DNA from: Hydrogenimonas sp.
GTDB taxonomy: Bacteria; Campylobacterota; Campylobacteria; Campylobacterales; Hydrogenimonadaceae
Length of the DNA: 63,491 bases
Direction: 5' to 3'
NCBI RefSeq assembly: GCF_029932565.1
Contig: NZ_JAOZPV010000003.1
Coordinates: 1 to 63,491 of the forward strand
Part shown: positions 30,428 to 41,719 of the stretch, in pieces
Layout of the letters: every line of letters starts with the position of its first letter
Numbering within the stretch: position 1 is the stretch's first letter
Program-made: the position numbers and the translations under genes
Notes under the pieces: generated by a model
Databases searched by the model: none
What the model was told of the DNA's origin: nothing
The model's input: only the letters and a program-made list of their open reading frames with translations

Positions 30428-32062
30428 TTAGCTGATCAGCTCTGTGACGATCTGTTGTGCAGATCGTTGGATATTGGCAAGATGATCTTGAGACAAAAAA
30501 CTCTCCGCATAGATCTTATAGATATCTTCGGTACCCGAGGGACGCATAGCGACCCATCCATTCTCCGTAACCAGCTTCAGACCGCCGATCGGTGCTCCGT
30601 TTCCGGGGGCATTCGTAAAGATTCCGAGAATCTTTTCCCCAGCCAGATCTTCCACTTTGATATCTTCCGGACTCAACCCTTTCAGTTTCGCTTTCTGTTC
30701 CGGAGTGGCTGCGGCATCGATACGCGCATAATAGGATTTCCCGAACGACGTTTCGAAATCGGCATAGATTTCGGCCGGATCACGGCCTGTCACCGCCTTG
30801 ATTTCCGCTGCAAGAAGATTCATGATGATCCCATCCTTGTCGGTTGACCAGACTGCACCGTCGAAGCGCAGGAAAGATGCCCCTGCACTCTCCTCACCTC
30901 CAAACCCGAGCCATCCTTCATAGAGTCCGTCGACGAACCATTTGAAACCGACAGGCACTTCATATACTTCCCTGCCGATCTCTTTCGCGACACGGTCGAT
31001 CATCGAACTCGATACGAGTGTTTTGCCGATTTTCAACCCATCGGGCCATGCGGTGCGGTGTTTGAACAGATACCAGATCGCCACACTCAGATAATGGTTC
31101 GGGTTCATCAGCCCGCCCGCCGGTGTCACGATTCCATGCCGGTCGGCATCCGTGTCGTTGCCGAATGCAATGTCGTAATCCTCTTTGAGTCGCACGAGCG
31201 ATGCCATCGCATAGGGAGAGGAGCAGTCCATACGGATTTTTCCATCGTGATCGAGTGTCATGAAGGAGAAGGTCGGATCGATATAGGGATTGACGATCTC
31301 CATATTCAGATCGTAGACCTCTTTGATCTTTTTGTAGACACCCAACGCCGAGCCACCGAGTGGATCGGCTCCGAGCCTGAGGCCCGACTGTTTGATCGCA
31401 TCGATATCGATGATCTCTTTCAGTGATTCGACATAGGGAGTTATGAAATCATACGGTTCCACATAGGGCGACCGGAGTGCTTCCTCGTAACTGAGTGCCT
31501 TGACATCCTGCAGTCCCTTTTCAAGAATTTCGTTTGCACGTTTTTCCACGACAGCCGTCACATCGGTATCTGCGGGTCCTCCATTGGGCGGATTGTACTT
31601 GAATCCGCCATCTTCCGGGGGGTTATGTGACGGGGTGATGACGATGCCGTCAGCCGTTTCGGTCGAAACCCTGTTATGCTGAAGGATGGCGAATGAGACC
31701 AGCGGTGTCGGAGTGTATTCGTCATCTTTTGCGATCCGTACCGTCACCTTGTTGGCCGCACAAACCCTCAGCGCCGTCATCTGTGCCGGTGTGGAGAGCG
31801 CATGGCTGTCTATTCCCATATAGAGAGGACCTTTGTATCCCTTTTCGTTTCGGTATTCGCAGACCGCCTGGGTAATGGCAAGTACGTGATTTTCGTTGAA
31901 ACTCTTTTTCATGGCACCGCCCCGATGCCCGGATGTTCCGAAGGCGACCCGCTGAGTCGGAACAGAGGGATCGGGTTCGAATGAAAAGTAATCACTGACC
32001 AGTCGGGGCAGATTGATGATTCTCTCTTTTGGAACAGGTTGTCCTGCAAGCTTGTCAGCCAT
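30428..32062 (-). CDS. pgm: Phosphoglucomutase (alpha-D-glucose-phosphate specific)
   Basis: [14 protein letters not shown] catalytic Ser, [20 protein letters not shown]. Confidence 0.96.
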   Translation of the reverse strand: MADKLAGQPVPKERIINLPRLVSDYFSFEPDPSVPTQRVAFGTSGHRGGAMKKSFNENHVLAITQAVCEYRNEKGYKGPLYMGIDSHALSTPAQMTALRVCAANKVTVRIAKDDEYTPTPLVSFAILQHNRVSTETADGIVITPSHNPPEDGGFKYNPPNGGPADTDVTAVVEKRANEILEKGLQDVKALSYEEALRSPYVEPYDFITPYVESLKEIIDIDAIKQSGLRLGADPLGGSALGVYKKIKEVYDLNMEIVNPYIDPTFSFMTLDHDGKIRMDCSSPYAMASLVRLKEDYDIAFGNDTDADRHGIVTPAGGLMNPNHYLSVAIWYLFKHRTAWPDGLKIGKTLVSSSMIDRVAKEIGREVYEVPVGFKWFVDGLYEGWLGFGGEESAGASFLRFDGAVWSTDKDGIIMNLLAAEIKAVTGRDPAEIYADFETSFGKSYYARIDAAATPEQKAKLKGLSPEDIKVEDLAGEKILGIFTNAPGNGAPIGGLKLVTENGWVAMRPSGTEDIYKIYAESFLSQDHLANIQRSAQQIVTELIS

Positions 32063-33026
32063 GATGTATTTCCTCCTTCACATCGATTTCAGGGTGTATG
32101 ATCACTTTCTCTTTGTGGTGTTCCATAATCCAGTGGAAAAACATGATCTGGGCAAAAAATGGAGCAAAGATATTGATCACGGGCAAAAAATTGAGAAACG
32201 ACGAGAATGCGGCAATGGACCAGATTGTAAAACGGTGGTGTCGCAAAATCTGATAATCTTCATCTGTGCAGTATAGGTTGCATGTACTCAGAAAACAGGA
32301 TTCTCTATAAAGCCATGTCCAGAGAAAAAGCTGCATAAAGACATTGGCGATGGGAATAAAAAGAATCGGAAAGGCGATAATGGAAAAGAGAACGAACAAT
32401 ATCGAATCGATCAGAATCCGCCCATGATGTTTCTTGCTGACTTCCGCACTCCCGATGACGATATGGGGATAGTCGAGCTCCCGGATCGTTTCCAGGTAGG
32501 GCTTTCTGAAAAGCGAAATAATGAAAAAGAGTGTCAAAATGAACGCATTGTAGAAAAAGTAGAAAGCCAGCAACCACGCCGACGCATCAGCAACGGTCTG
32601 GAACGGCAGCAATGTAAGCAACCGCTGAATTTCACCGAAAATATAATTCCATTTCATCAGTATCACAAATGCCCAGAACGTCGAGAGCAACAGGAGCATT
32701 GTAAATGTATAGATATACTGTGTTCTCTCTTTCAATCTGCGCAACAGCGGAGGACCGATCAATGCGGTAAACGCTGCAAACGAAACCAGCACTGCGATGA
32801 ACCAGATAAAAAAGATGATGAACAGTGCACCGTTCGCCTTGACGATGGAAAAAGGAATCCAGCTGATGATCATCGAAGTAATCGTAACGGCATAATCCCA
32901 TGCTTCCATACTCAGCCATAGCCAGACAGCCATGAGCGGTATACCGATAAACAGCGTGTATCGGAGCACATTCCACTTCAAAATATCGCTTATACTCCGA
33001 ATCAGATAGCGGTTGATCTGCTTCAT
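32055..33026 (-). CDS. EI24/CysZ-like integral membrane protein
   Basis: Several TM helices; C-terminal FIPI...LP.IN.FAPF pattern. Confidence 0.6.
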   Translation of the reverse strand: MKQINRYLIRSISDILKWNVLRYTLFIGIPLMAVWLWLSMEAWDYAVTITSMIISWIPFSIVKANGALFIIFFIWFIAVLVSFAAFTALIGPPLLRRLKERTQYIYTFTMLLLLSTFWAFVILMKWNYIFGEIQRLLTLLPFQTVADASAWLLAFYFFYNAFILTLFFIISLFRKPYLETIRELDYPHIVIGSAEVSKKHHGRILIDSILFVLFSIIAFPILFIPIANVFMQLFLWTWLYRESCFLSTCNLYCTDEDYQILRHHRFTIWSIAAFSSFLNFLPVINIFAPFFAQIMFFHWIMEHHKEKVIIHPEIDVKEEIHHG

Positions 33027-33144
33027 CGTCCTCCCTTGTCAGGCACATTCATATTAAAGTCTAACAAATTCAACCATAAAGTTTTATTTCGGACGCGATA
33101 TTGAGGAAACTTATAGTAAAATTTCGAAAAATAGGAGTATTGTT

Positions 33145-34080
33145 GTGTATATTTTTTCAGATCGGCTTCAGAAAAAGGATGAGATCGTTCTCGATGATGA
33201 CAAAACCCAGATCGTTTTCACGACAATCGACAACAGAGAAATCCTCGATTGGCTCGAAAGACACAGTTTTCCAGAAAGTTTTATCGAAGATATCACCAAT
33301 GAGGACCAGAGTGTCACCTATGAAGAGAACAATGATTTCAAACTCACCATACTGAAATATTTTCAACAGGATCCCGAAGACAACCTTCTATTCCATTCAC
33401 GCAATGTCGTCATCATACTGAGCGAAAACAAATTCATCTTTCTCGCAAAAGAGAGAAAGCTGATCAAAACGATTACCAATACCCTGTACAAACGGTACAA
33501 ACCGACCGATTCTCTCGAATATATCATGTATTCCGTCATTGATATCCTGGTGGACCATACAATGGGCATTGTCGATATGATCGACGAACGGCTGGAAGAG
33601 CTCGAAGACAGAATATTCGATCAGACACTGGATGAACAGGAGGTACAGAAAAACCTCTATTTCGCAAGACGAACACTGAACCGGATCGGCAAAATTTCCG
33701 TTCAGCACAACGACATCGTCAACAAAATCATCAACCATTTTCCAACCGATATACGCAGAAAACTCCAATATGAATTTATCGATCTGAAAGAGCACCTTTC
33801 ATTCCTGATAAACGAGTCGAAAACATATCTCGACAGAACCGGATATCTTCAGACACTTCTGATGGGATTTCTGAGCAACCGCATGAATCAGGCGATGCAG
33901 CGCCTCGCCGCCATCTCACTCATTTTCCTGCCGTTGACGTTCATCGTCGGCAATTATGGAATGAATTTCAAATATATGCCCGAACTGGATTGGCAATATG
34001 GTTATATTTCGGTCTGGCTACTGAATCTTGGAATCGCATATATCATATTCAAATGGCTCAGGAAAAAGAGATGGATATGA
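33145..34080 (+). CDS. corA: CorA-family Mg2+/Co2+ transporter
   Basis: FLPLTFIVGNYGMNF.YMPEL signature with two C-terminal TM helices. Confidence 0.93.
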   Translation: MYIFSDRLQKKDEIVLDDDKTQIVFTTIDNREILDWLERHSFPESFIEDITNEDQSVTYEENNDFKLTILKYFQQDPEDNLLFHSRNVVIILSENKFIFLAKERKLIKTITNTLYKRYKPTDSLEYIMYSVIDILVDHTMGIVDMIDERLEELEDRIFDQTLDEQEVQKNLYFARRTLNRIGKISVQHNDIVNKIINHFPTDIRRKLQYEFIDLKEHLSFLINESKTYLDRTGYLQTLLMGFLSNRMNQAMQRLAAISLIFLPLTFIVGNYGMNFKYMPELDWQYGYISVWLLNLGIAYIIFKWLRKKRWI

Positions 34081-34124
34081 CATCGACATTAACAACATTT
34101 ATTCAATTTTAATTACTTATTATG

Positions 34125-34130
34125 TATAAT
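34125..34130 (+). promoter_or_regulatory. Candidate -10 box for the OmpA-family gene
   Basis: TATAAT preceded by an AT-rich tract, ~30 nt upstream of the ATG. Confidence 0.5.
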
Positions 34131-34160
34131 CGGCACATCATTGCTAGAAGGAGAGTAAGA

Positions 34161-35339
34161 ATGACTAAGAAAGTGGGATTCATGCTGCTAAGCATAGCTG
34201 CAGCAACGACCATGATGGCACAGGATTATACAAATTCTGTAACCGTGACAGGCGGTGGCTACAGCCCAATGAACAAAGAGTGGATTGACGATGCGTGGAC
34301 ACTGGGTGCCCGCCTTGGATTGATCGAAGGTGATACTCACGGCCTCGAACTCGAGTACGACTTCATCAACAATGTCGATCTCGACAACAGCAAAGGCGAT
34401 GGCGATACATATGGCAACCAGATTTTCGCCAATTATCTCTACCATTTCCAGGATCAGTCCGAAAAGTTGCGTCCTTATCTGCTTGCAGGTCTCGGCTACG
34501 AAACATGGACGGCAAACGAACTGGATGACGGTGGTGTCGGTGCCATCGGTGCAGGTATCAAATATGCGGTCAACGAGTGGCTGAACCTTCGCGCGGAAGT
34601 CAAAGATGTCATTCGCTTCGACGACGGCGGTCAAACGCTCGCCTATACTGCCGGTATCCTGATTCCTTTCGGTGAAGTCGAAAAAGCTGCGCCGGTCGCT
34701 GCGGCACCTTTGACATCTCTCGACAGTGACGAAGATGGCGTCATCGATACAAAAGACAAGTGTCCCAACACACCGATGGGAACCATCGTCGACGACAACG
34801 GATGCCCTGTGACGACAGATAGTGACGGAGACGGTGTTATCGATCCGCTCGACAACTGTCCGAACAGCAAAACCAATCAGGTCGATGAAAATGGATGCCC
34901 TCTTGATACCGACAAAGACGGTGTGCCCGATTATCTCGACCAGTGCCCGAATACACCGCCAAAATTCAAAGTGGATGCACAGGGTTGTACAATCGGCGTA
35001 ACACTCTATTTCCATTTCCCGTTCGATTCAGCTGAAATTCCGAGCAATGAATTCATGGATGTTGACCGTGTTGCGGAATTCATGAAAAAGCATCCGGAAG
35101 TCACTGCGATTCTTGAAGGGCACACCGACAGTACCGGTCCTGCAGCCTACAACATGAAGCTTTCCGAACGTCGTGCTGACTCTGTCAGAAAAGCTCTGAT
35201 TGAGCGTGGCATCGATGCATCACGTCTCAAAGTCGAAGCTTTTGGCGAAACCAAGCCGATCGCTCCGAACGATACCGAAGAGGGACGCGCGAAAAACCGC
35301 CGCGTTGAAGTTGTACTCGTACCTGGTAAAGGTCAGTAA
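34161..35339 (+). CDS. OmpA/OprF-like outer-membrane protein with TSP3-like Ca-binding repeats
   Basis: Signal peptide, beta-barrel, three D.D.DGV.D..D.CP...GC repeats, C-terminal GHTD, LSERRA, NRRVE; AAGGAG RBS before MTKK. Confidence 0.93.
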   Translation: MTKKVGFMLLSIAAATTMMAQDYTNSVTVTGGGYSPMNKEWIDDAWTLGARLGLIEGDTHGLELEYDFINNVDLDNSKGDGDTYGNQIFANYLYHFQDQSEKLRPYLLAGLGYETWTANELDDGGVGAIGAGIKYAVNEWLNLRAEVKDVIRFDDGGQTLAYTAGILIPFGEVEKAAPVAAAPLTSLDSDEDGVIDTKDKCPNTPMGTIVDDNGCPVTTDSDGDGVIDPLDNCPNSKTNQVDENGCPLDTDKDGVPDYLDQCPNTPPKFKVDAQGCTIGVTLYFHFPFDSAEIPSNEFMDVDRVAEFMKKHPEVTAILEGHTDSTGPAAYNMKLSERRADSVRKALIERGIDASRLKVEAFGETKPIAPNDTEEGRAKNRRVEVVLVPGKGQ

Positions 35340-35347
35340 ACTCTCTC

Positions 35348-35377
35348 GACACTTTTCCGCATCTGCGGAAAAGTGTC
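35348..35377 (+). terminator. Strong hairpin after the OmpA-family gene
   Basis: Perfect inverted repeat gacacttttccgca-tc-tgcggaaaagtgtc. Confidence 0.75.
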
Positions 35378-35534
35378 ACCAATCTCCCTCGTTTTTTCAC
35401 CTTTTTTCAGATCTGTTTCCAACTTTTCCCGAACAATACAGACCGAACCCTATTCCTGATATTTCAACAGATTGAGAGGTTCCATCCTGTACAATTGCGC
35501 CAGCATCAATGGGTAACAATATCAGGAGGTGGGC

Positions 35535-36899
35535 ATGGACCGCAATATCGATGATCTCAGTATAGAGATCGAACGGCGTATCAAACTTTTCCGGGAAGGA
35601 ATGGACGAAAGTGCCCAGGCTTACGAGATTGCCGAACTGCTTGAAGATGTCCGTACCCAGAACAAATCGCACTTCGTCGAACTGCTCATATCACTTCCCG
35701 AAGATCTGAAAGCCGAAGCCCTTTCGGAACTCTCCAAAAATGCCCAGGAGGATGCCCTCGAAGCGATCGATGCCAAAGAGCTGGCAGAGATTATCGAGGA
35801 GATGGACACCGATGATGCAGCCGATATCGTCCAGCAGATCGAAGAGATCGACGAAGAGAAGGCCGAAGAGGTTCTGGACGAAATCGATGCCGAAGAGAGC
35901 AAAGTCATCCGCGAACTCATCAGTTACGACGAGAATGAAGCAGGTGCCTACATGCAGACGGAGCTCTTCAAAGCCAATATCAATGAAGCGGTGGGCAACT
36001 CCATCAAACGGCTCAAAGAGATGAAGAGAGAGGGAAGCCTGAACAATGCCTACCATGTCTTCATCGTCGACAACAAGGATCGCTTCCTCGGTATGATGCC
36101 GATGGAAGATCTGGTTCTTCACGGCCCCAATGAAATCTACCGAAATATCATCGATAAAGAGGGAGCATTGACTGTCGCCGTCCACCCGCACGACCCGATC
36201 GACAAGGTCATTGAACTTGCTGGTAACTACAACATGAACGTTCTTCCGGTCATCGACGAATTCGACATACTTCTCGGCCGTATCACCGCCGACGACATCT
36301 ACGACCTGATGGAGAAGCAGGCAACGGATCAGATTTACGGAATGGCCGGTGTCCAGGAGGAGTCGGAAGAGAGTGAAAACATCATCGAAGCGGGTAAAAC
36401 CCGGGCCATATGGCTTGGAGTCAACCTTGTGACGGCGATCGCTGCATCGATCGTCATCGGCTTTTTTGATTCGACCATCCAGTCGATCGTCGCACTGGCC
36501 GTTTTAATGCCGATCGTCGCGTCAATGGGCGGCAATGCAGGCACCCAGTCCCTGACGGTAACCGTTCGCCAGCTCGCACTTGGCGACATCGACCCCACAG
36601 AAGCGAAAAAGGTCATTACCAAGGAGGTTCTGCTCTCATTGGGAAACGGTCTCATCTATGCCATCGTCATGGGTCTCATCGCATTTGTCTGGTTCAATAT
36701 CCCGCTGCTTGGTGTCGTTATCGCCCTCTCGATGATCATCAACCTTCTGGCTGCCGGTTTCTTTGGTGCGACGATTCCACTCATTCTCAAAGGACTGGGT
36801 ATCGATCCGGCCGTCGGTTCGACCGTTCTGCTTACCACGGTAACCGATGTGGTGGGATTCTTCAGTTTTCTGGGACTCGCAACGATGATTCTGCTGTAA
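35535..36899 (+). CDS. mgtE: Magnesium transporter MgtE
   Basis: Acidic N domain, CBS pair, MGGNAGTQ, DPA, TTVTDVVGF. Confidence 0.95.
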   Translation: MDRNIDDLSIEIERRIKLFREGMDESAQAYEIAELLEDVRTQNKSHFVELLISLPEDLKAEALSELSKNAQEDALEAIDAKELAEIIEEMDTDDAADIVQQIEEIDEEKAEEVLDEIDAEESKVIRELISYDENEAGAYMQTELFKANINEAVGNSIKRLKEMKREGSLNNAYHVFIVDNKDRFLGMMPMEDLVLHGPNEIYRNIIDKEGALTVAVHPHDPIDKVIELAGNYNMNVLPVIDEFDILLGRITADDIYDLMEKQATDQIYGMAGVQEESEESENIIEAGKTRAIWLGVNLVTAIAASIVIGFFDSTIQSIVALAVLMPIVASMGGNAGTQSLTVTVRQLALGDIDPTEAKKVITKEVLLSLGNGLIYAIVMGLIAFVWFNIPLLGVVIALSMIINLLAAGFFGATIPLILKGLGIDPAVGSTVLLTTVTDVVGFFSFLGLATMILL

Positions 36900-36904
36900 C
36901 TCTA

Positions 36905-38569
36905 TTATGAGAGTGCTTCGGTTTTAAGCGTCTGCATTTCCAGCAACACATTTCGAAGGGATTTCGAAAAACTTTTGCTCAAATGAAGATCGTTGATTGC
37001 GATCGTCGTCATTTCCGATGGGATAGACCGGTTCTTTGCAATATCCCCGATTGTCTCCATACTGTTTTTGTAGGATTGGGCTATGCGTTTGTAAAAACGC
37101 TCCATTTCATCAAGCGATTTCACGTCGAGGCTTACAAATGCTTTGTGAAAAGCCTGAACGCTTTTGATAATCTGATACCTCAAATTGCGCAGAAAATCCA
37201 ACTCTTCCGGATGCTCTACATTGTACCATCGTTCAAGATCGTGAAGCATATCTTTGATCGCTTTGGCGGCGGTAGCCAGATAGGCCGTCACCCTGGCAAT
37301 GCGGTCAAGATCCGCCTGAAACACTTCACCTCCGCCCTGGACAGAGAGCTCCGTGATAAAACGCAGTATTTCTCCTTCCAGGCGACGGATATGGGCATAA
37401 AGCCGATGGTAGGAAAAATTGATGTTCTCGTTATACTCGTCCAGCAGCTTGTCGATCGGCATGGAATCCTTCAACACTTTCTCGGGCGGTGTGTTGACAG
37501 CGAGCAGTGCAAAATTTTCTACCTCTTCAGCCAGATGGGCGATCTCCTTTTGCAACGCATCCATCGCAACATCGGGCACTTCCACGGAAACATTGTGAAT
37601 ATAGTGAGTCACATGGGCTTTCTCTTTTTTGAAAAAATGTTTCAACCACTCGGCAAGTACCTTGATAAACGGATACCATATGATAATACCAAGGAGATTG
37701 AAGATCGTGTGAAACAGTGCAATACGTATGACTGCATCGGAATCTGGCAGCAGTATATCGGTGATCTTTACGAGAGGATTCAGTGCAGCGAGTGTGAGCA
37801 TACCGGTCGACACATTGAAGAGAAAATGGGCCAGTGCCGTTCTTTTTTTATCGGGTGATCCGCCAATGGCGCCCAGCATCGCCGTAACCGTCGTTCCCAC
37901 ATTCGAACCGACGACAAATGCCGCTGCCGCTTCGAAACCGATAATATGTGCATAGAGTGCACTCTGTACAATTGCGATCGTCGCGGAACTCGATTGAATC
38001 AACGCCGTGATTCCAAGTCCGATCAATGCATACCAATAGAGATGGTCGACACGATAGCTTCCGATATCAACGTGATCGGCAAAAATAGAGAAACTCTCCT
38101 TCATACCCTCGAGACCGAGAAATATGAGACCGAATCCGACCATCGCATTGAGTGTATTTCTCGTCCGACTCCCCTCTTCCATCAGAACACTGCCAAGTCC
38201 CCCGATACCTACAAAAGCGAACGAGAGAAGTTTGATATCCATTTTGAATCCAACGATGCCGACGATCCATGCCGTTACCGTGGTTCCGATATTGGCCCCG
38301 AAAATGACCGCGATGGCATGTTCCAGATTCATCAACTGTGCACCGATCAGCGAAAGTGCCATCAGGGTCACGACGGAGGAGCTTTGGAAAATGGCTGTCG
38401 TAAAAAGACCGGCCAGGAAACTCTTGAATCGTGTACCCGTGGCCATACGTACCCATCTCCGGAATGCACGGCCGGCTGACAGTCTGATCTGGGTCTCGAG
38501 ATAGATCATTCCGAACAGGAAAAGTCCCAGGCCGGAAAAGGCTTCGATCGCGAGTTTCAAACCTTCCAT
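36905..38569 (-). CDS. Na/Pi cotransporter family protein
   Basis: GLGLFLFGM, duplicated QSSS and GANIGTT/GSNVGTT motifs, PhoU-like C-terminus. Confidence 0.9.
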   Translation of the reverse strand: MEGLKLAIEAFSGLGLFLFGMIYLETQIRLSAGRAFRRWVRMATGTRFKSFLAGLFTTAIFQSSSVVTLMALSLIGAQLMNLEHAIAVIFGANIGTTVTAWIVGIVGFKMDIKLLSFAFVGIGGLGSVLMEEGSRTRNTLNAMVGFGLIFLGLEGMKESFSIFADHVDIGSYRVDHLYWYALIGLGITALIQSSSATIAIVQSALYAHIIGFEAAAAFVVGSNVGTTVTAMLGAIGGSPDKKRTALAHFLFNVSTGMLTLAALNPLVKITDILLPDSDAVIRIALFHTIFNLLGIIIWYPFIKVLAEWLKHFFKKEKAHVTHYIHNVSVEVPDVAMDALQKEIAHLAEEVENFALLAVNTPPEKVLKDSMPIDKLLDEYNENINFSYHRLYAHIRRLEGEILRFITELSVQGGGEVFQADLDRIARVTAYLATAAKAIKDMLHDLERWYNVEHPEELDFLRNLRYQIIKSVQAFHKAFVSLDVKSLDEMERFYKRIAQSYKNSMETIGDIAKNRSIPSEMTTIAINDLHLSKSFSKSLRNVLLEMQTLKTEALS

Positions 38570-38590
38570 CTCTTATTGACGTTCCATCCG

Positions 38591-39151
38591 TCAATCAGGG
38601 TCGTCGGAACGGTCCATATCTTTCATAAAACGTCCCATGGAGAGCAGAAGGACCCCATCGAAAAAGAGACTGATACCGATAAAAAGACCTACCAGCCAGA
38701 CCGAACTGAATGGCCAACCCACGATAAAAATGATGGCGAGAATCAATGAAAAGAGTGCATTCAAAAGCCAGAGCCACCATCCCTTTCCGGGTTTCAGGGA
38801 AAAAGCGATCGCACTGGAACCAAAGGCATCCATCAACAGGTAGATTGCAAGCAGCAGTCCGATGGCTGCAATGCCGGGAAGCGGATGGATAACCAGCAGC
38901 AGCCCCGTCATCACGAAGATAAACGTTTTCAGCCATCCAAGCCATTCGCCTCTGTCCGTCACATAGGTAAAATAACCGATAAGCACGCCTCCGAAGACAA
39001 AAAGCCAGCCGATCAGATAGACGGTCGCGATCGACAGGAAAGCGGGAAAAAGCATACCGACAATTCCCAGCACGATAAAGACAATACCTGCCATCGTTGC
39101 GTGTTTGCTGAACCGTTTGATCAGATCTTTCTCATACGGATAATTCCACAT
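38591..39151 (-). CDS. HdeD/DUF308-family membrane protein
   Basis: Six TM helices; WP.SS.W..G..IGI.L.F.G motif. Confidence 0.8.
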   Translation of the reverse strand: MWNYPYEKDLIKRFSKHATMAGIVFIVLGIVGMLFPAFLSIATVYLIGWLFVFGGVLIGYFTYVTDRGEWLGWLKTFIFVMTGLLLVIHPLPGIAAIGLLLAIYLLMDAFGSSAIAFSLKPGKGWWLWLLNALFSLILAIIFIVGWPFSSVWLVGLFIGISLFFDGVLLLSMGRFMKDMDRSDDPD

Positions 39152-39161
39152 TTCTCATCCT

Positions 39162-40562
39162 TCAGATATGAATTTTTTCTTTCAATTTGACGATGTGGGC
39201 TTTTTTCCCCAACTTTTTTCTGATCACTTTTTTGAAAATCATCTGTTTTTCTCTCTCCCCGTGAATCAGACAGACATGACCAAGTTTTTTGATGTGCTGC
39301 ATCCACTCGATCAGCTCATGTTGGTCGGCATGGGCCGAAAAACCGTTGATCGTGAAGATTTTCGCACGGATTCGGATATCTTCCCGGTAGATACGCACCC
39401 ATTTTGCACCGTCGACGATCAACCTTCCGAGTGTACCTTCCGCCTGAAAACCCACGAAAATGACACAGTTGCGATCGTTCCAGAGCCGATTTTTGAAATG
39501 GTGAAGTATCCGCCCGCCGGTACACATGCCGCTGCCCGCTATAATGATGGCTCCCCGTTCGATTTCGTTGATCTTTTTCGACTCTTCCACATCACATGTA
39601 AAATGGAGATACGGAAAGCCGAAAACATCGCCGTCTTCCTGATAGAACTGATTGCATTTGGGGCCGAGTTCCTGATGGAATTTTGAAAAAAGATGGGTCG
39701 CTTTGATCGCCATCGGCGAATCGAGAAAAACTTTGCAGTGCGGCAGTTCCCGTTTGCGATACATATCTTTGAGTATACACAGAACTTCCTGGGTCCGTTC
39801 AATGGCGAACGACGGTATGATCACGTTGCCACGGTTCAGCAGCGTCCTGCGGACGGCCTCTTTGAATTCCGTAATGGTATCTTTGATATTTTTATGGTTT
39901 CGGTCCCCATAAGTCGATTCGATGAAGAGCATATCGGCTTTCGGAACATCTTCAATATAGGGCATGACGAGATCGTTTCTATTCCCGAGATCACCGCTGA
40001 AAACAACCGTTTTGTTTGTCTGGTCCTCTTTGAAACGGATGGTGATCGTTGCAGAGCCCAGAATATGCCCGGCATTGCGAAACAGAACCTGTACACCTTT
40101 CGCGATCTTGAGAGGCTTGTCATATTTTGCATGGATATGGGTAAGGAGATAGGTATCTTCAACATCTTCAGTGGTATAGAGGGGCTTCGGTACGCGTTTT
40201 TCTTCACCGCGGCGCTGCGCCTTTCGGAACCTCGTTCTGTACTCTTCCTCCATAAGTTTGGCACTGTCCAGCAGTACAACCTGGCCAAGCTCGAATGTCG
40301 CTTTCGTTGCGACAATGACACCCTCGAATCCCTCTTTTACAAGCTTGGGAATGCGTCCGACATGGTCAAGGTGCGCATGTGTGATGAGCAGCAGATCGAT
40401 TTTTTTTGGATCAAAGTCGAAAGGCTGTGCATTTTTTTCCTCTTCCTCTTCTCCCTGAAACATGCCGCAGTCGATCAGAATCCGTATACCGTTTTTGAGC
40501 TTCAGGAGGTGACATGAACCTGTTACCTCTTCCGCGGCCCCGTATGATTGAATGGTTGCCAT
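39162..40562 (-). CDS. MBL-fold beta-CASP ribonuclease
   Basis: GAA.EVTGSC, DCG, THAHLDH, AGHILGS, ESTYG, AGSGM, FSAHAD. Confidence 0.92.
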   Translation of the reverse strand: MATIQSYGAAEEVTGSCHLLKLKNGIRILIDCGMFQGEEEEEKNAQPFDFDPKKIDLLLITHAHLDHVGRIPKLVKEGFEGVIVATKATFELGQVVLLDSAKLMEEEYRTRFRKAQRRGEEKRVPKPLYTTEDVEDTYLLTHIHAKYDKPLKIAKGVQVLFRNAGHILGSATITIRFKEDQTNKTVVFSGDLGNRNDLVMPYIEDVPKADMLFIESTYGDRNHKNIKDTITEFKEAVRRTLLNRGNVIIPSFAIERTQEVLCILKDMYRKRELPHCKVFLDSPMAIKATHLFSKFHQELGPKCNQFYQEDGDVFGFPYLHFTCDVEESKKINEIERGAIIIAGSGMCTGGRILHHFKNRLWNDRNCVIFVGFQAEGTLGRLIVDGAKWVRIYREDIRIRAKIFTINGFSAHADQHELIEWMQHIKKLGHVCLIHGEREKQMIFKKVIRKKLGKKAHIVKLKEKIHI

Positions 40563-40607
40563 TCCACACCTCCTTGTTGCAGTGTAAAAGCCGCGATAAC
40601 CGGCTGG

Positions 40608-40835
40608 TTAACGCTGGCAGGATTCCTCTTTGGCTTTGATCGTTTCGAGCCGCTTGAGAATGTGATCGAGTTCCGCAAGATTTTCTTCACACTCTTTTTG
40701 CAGTTTTTCCCGTTTGCTCAGAATCAGATCGATCTGTTTCTGGAGATCTTCCAGATCGATTTTGCACTTCTGTGCAGCCTGCTCCTCTTTGTCCAGAACC
40801 CATTCGGTCGCCTTTTTCAAAAATTCCATCATCAT
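40608..40835 (-). CDS. Small coiled-coil hypothetical protein (~75 aa)
   Basis: AAGGAG RBS before the ATG run; E/K/L heptad pattern. Confidence 0.7.
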   Translation of the reverse strand: MMMEFLKKATEWVLDKEEQAAQKCKIDLEDLQKQIDLILSKREKLQKECEENLAELDHILKRLETIKAKEESCQR

Positions 40836-40876
40836 TGACTCCTTGGAGGGTATGATAGAGTGTATCAAAAAGTAAA

Positions 40877-41719
40877 TTAATCGAGGGATTTGAAAAGTTC
40901 TGCCGTATCGAGACCGTAGAAGGTTTTAAACTCATCGTAAAGGTCGGGAAAGTGCTCTTTCAGCCCTCTCGGATTCTGGAAAAAGAGTTCGGTGACGACG
41001 GCGAAAAATTCGGCTTCATTGGTTGCGGCATACGCACCGATAAAACGGTACGCTTCCAAATCGCTGCGCCTTCTGCTTTTTTCCCTGAGCTCTTTGTAGC
41101 GCCGATAGAGAACCTGCGTCCATTTGTGGTATTGTGAACGCTCCACGGGCGGCACACCGTCTGGAGCACCGTTTTCGAAATCGAGCACATGTGCGAATTC
41201 ATGCAAAATGAGATTGTGCTGATGGATATGGAATGCTTCTCCTTTTGCCTCATTCCATGTGACGACAACGGTATCTCCCGCCGACAGCCCCTCCAGTATC
41301 AGTTCCTCTTCCCTGAATATTCCGTCCTCGGCCTCGATCCGTTTCACCACCACGTCATAGGGATAGACCAGAATCGTAAAAAGCTCGCCGTAGCACTCAT
41401 CGGGTATATTCACGACCATCAGGCAGGCATAGAAAGAGATGACGGCCTTCATCTCGTCGGTCACTTCGATTCCCACCCCTTTGAACTCTTTCGAGCGGGC
41501 AAAAAACAGCAGCCTCGGACGAATTTTTTCCTTCAACTCTTCCGGCAGCAACCTGTAGGGGGGAATCTTCTCCAGGGCCTCCCTGTAACTTTGCGGCAGC
41601 GGCATCGACCGGACCTTTTTCCAAAGCCACATGTTTCTGAAATAGGTCATCGCCTGCCATATCATTACCACGGCAAGCACCGCGAGCAGCAACTGTGTCA
41701 ACACCAGGTAGTAGGTCAT
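40877..41719 (-). CDS. MtfA-like (M90) zinc peptidase with N-terminal TM helix
   Basis: ILVYP, N..LHEFAH.LD, YAATN.AEFFAV.TE.FF. Confidence 0.88.
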   Translation of the reverse strand: MTYYLVLTQLLLAVLAVVMIWQAMTYFRNMWLWKKVRSMPLPQSYREALEKIPPYRLLPEELKEKIRPRLLFFARSKEFKGVGIEVTDEMKAVISFYACLMVVNIPDECYGELFTILVYPYDVVVKRIEAEDGIFREEELILEGLSAGDTVVVTWNEAKGEAFHIHQHNLILHEFAHVLDFENGAPDGVPPVERSQYHKWTQVLYRRYKELREKSRRRSDLEAYRFIGAYAATNEAEFFAVVTELFFQNPRGLKEHFPDLYDEFKTFYGLDTAELFKSLD

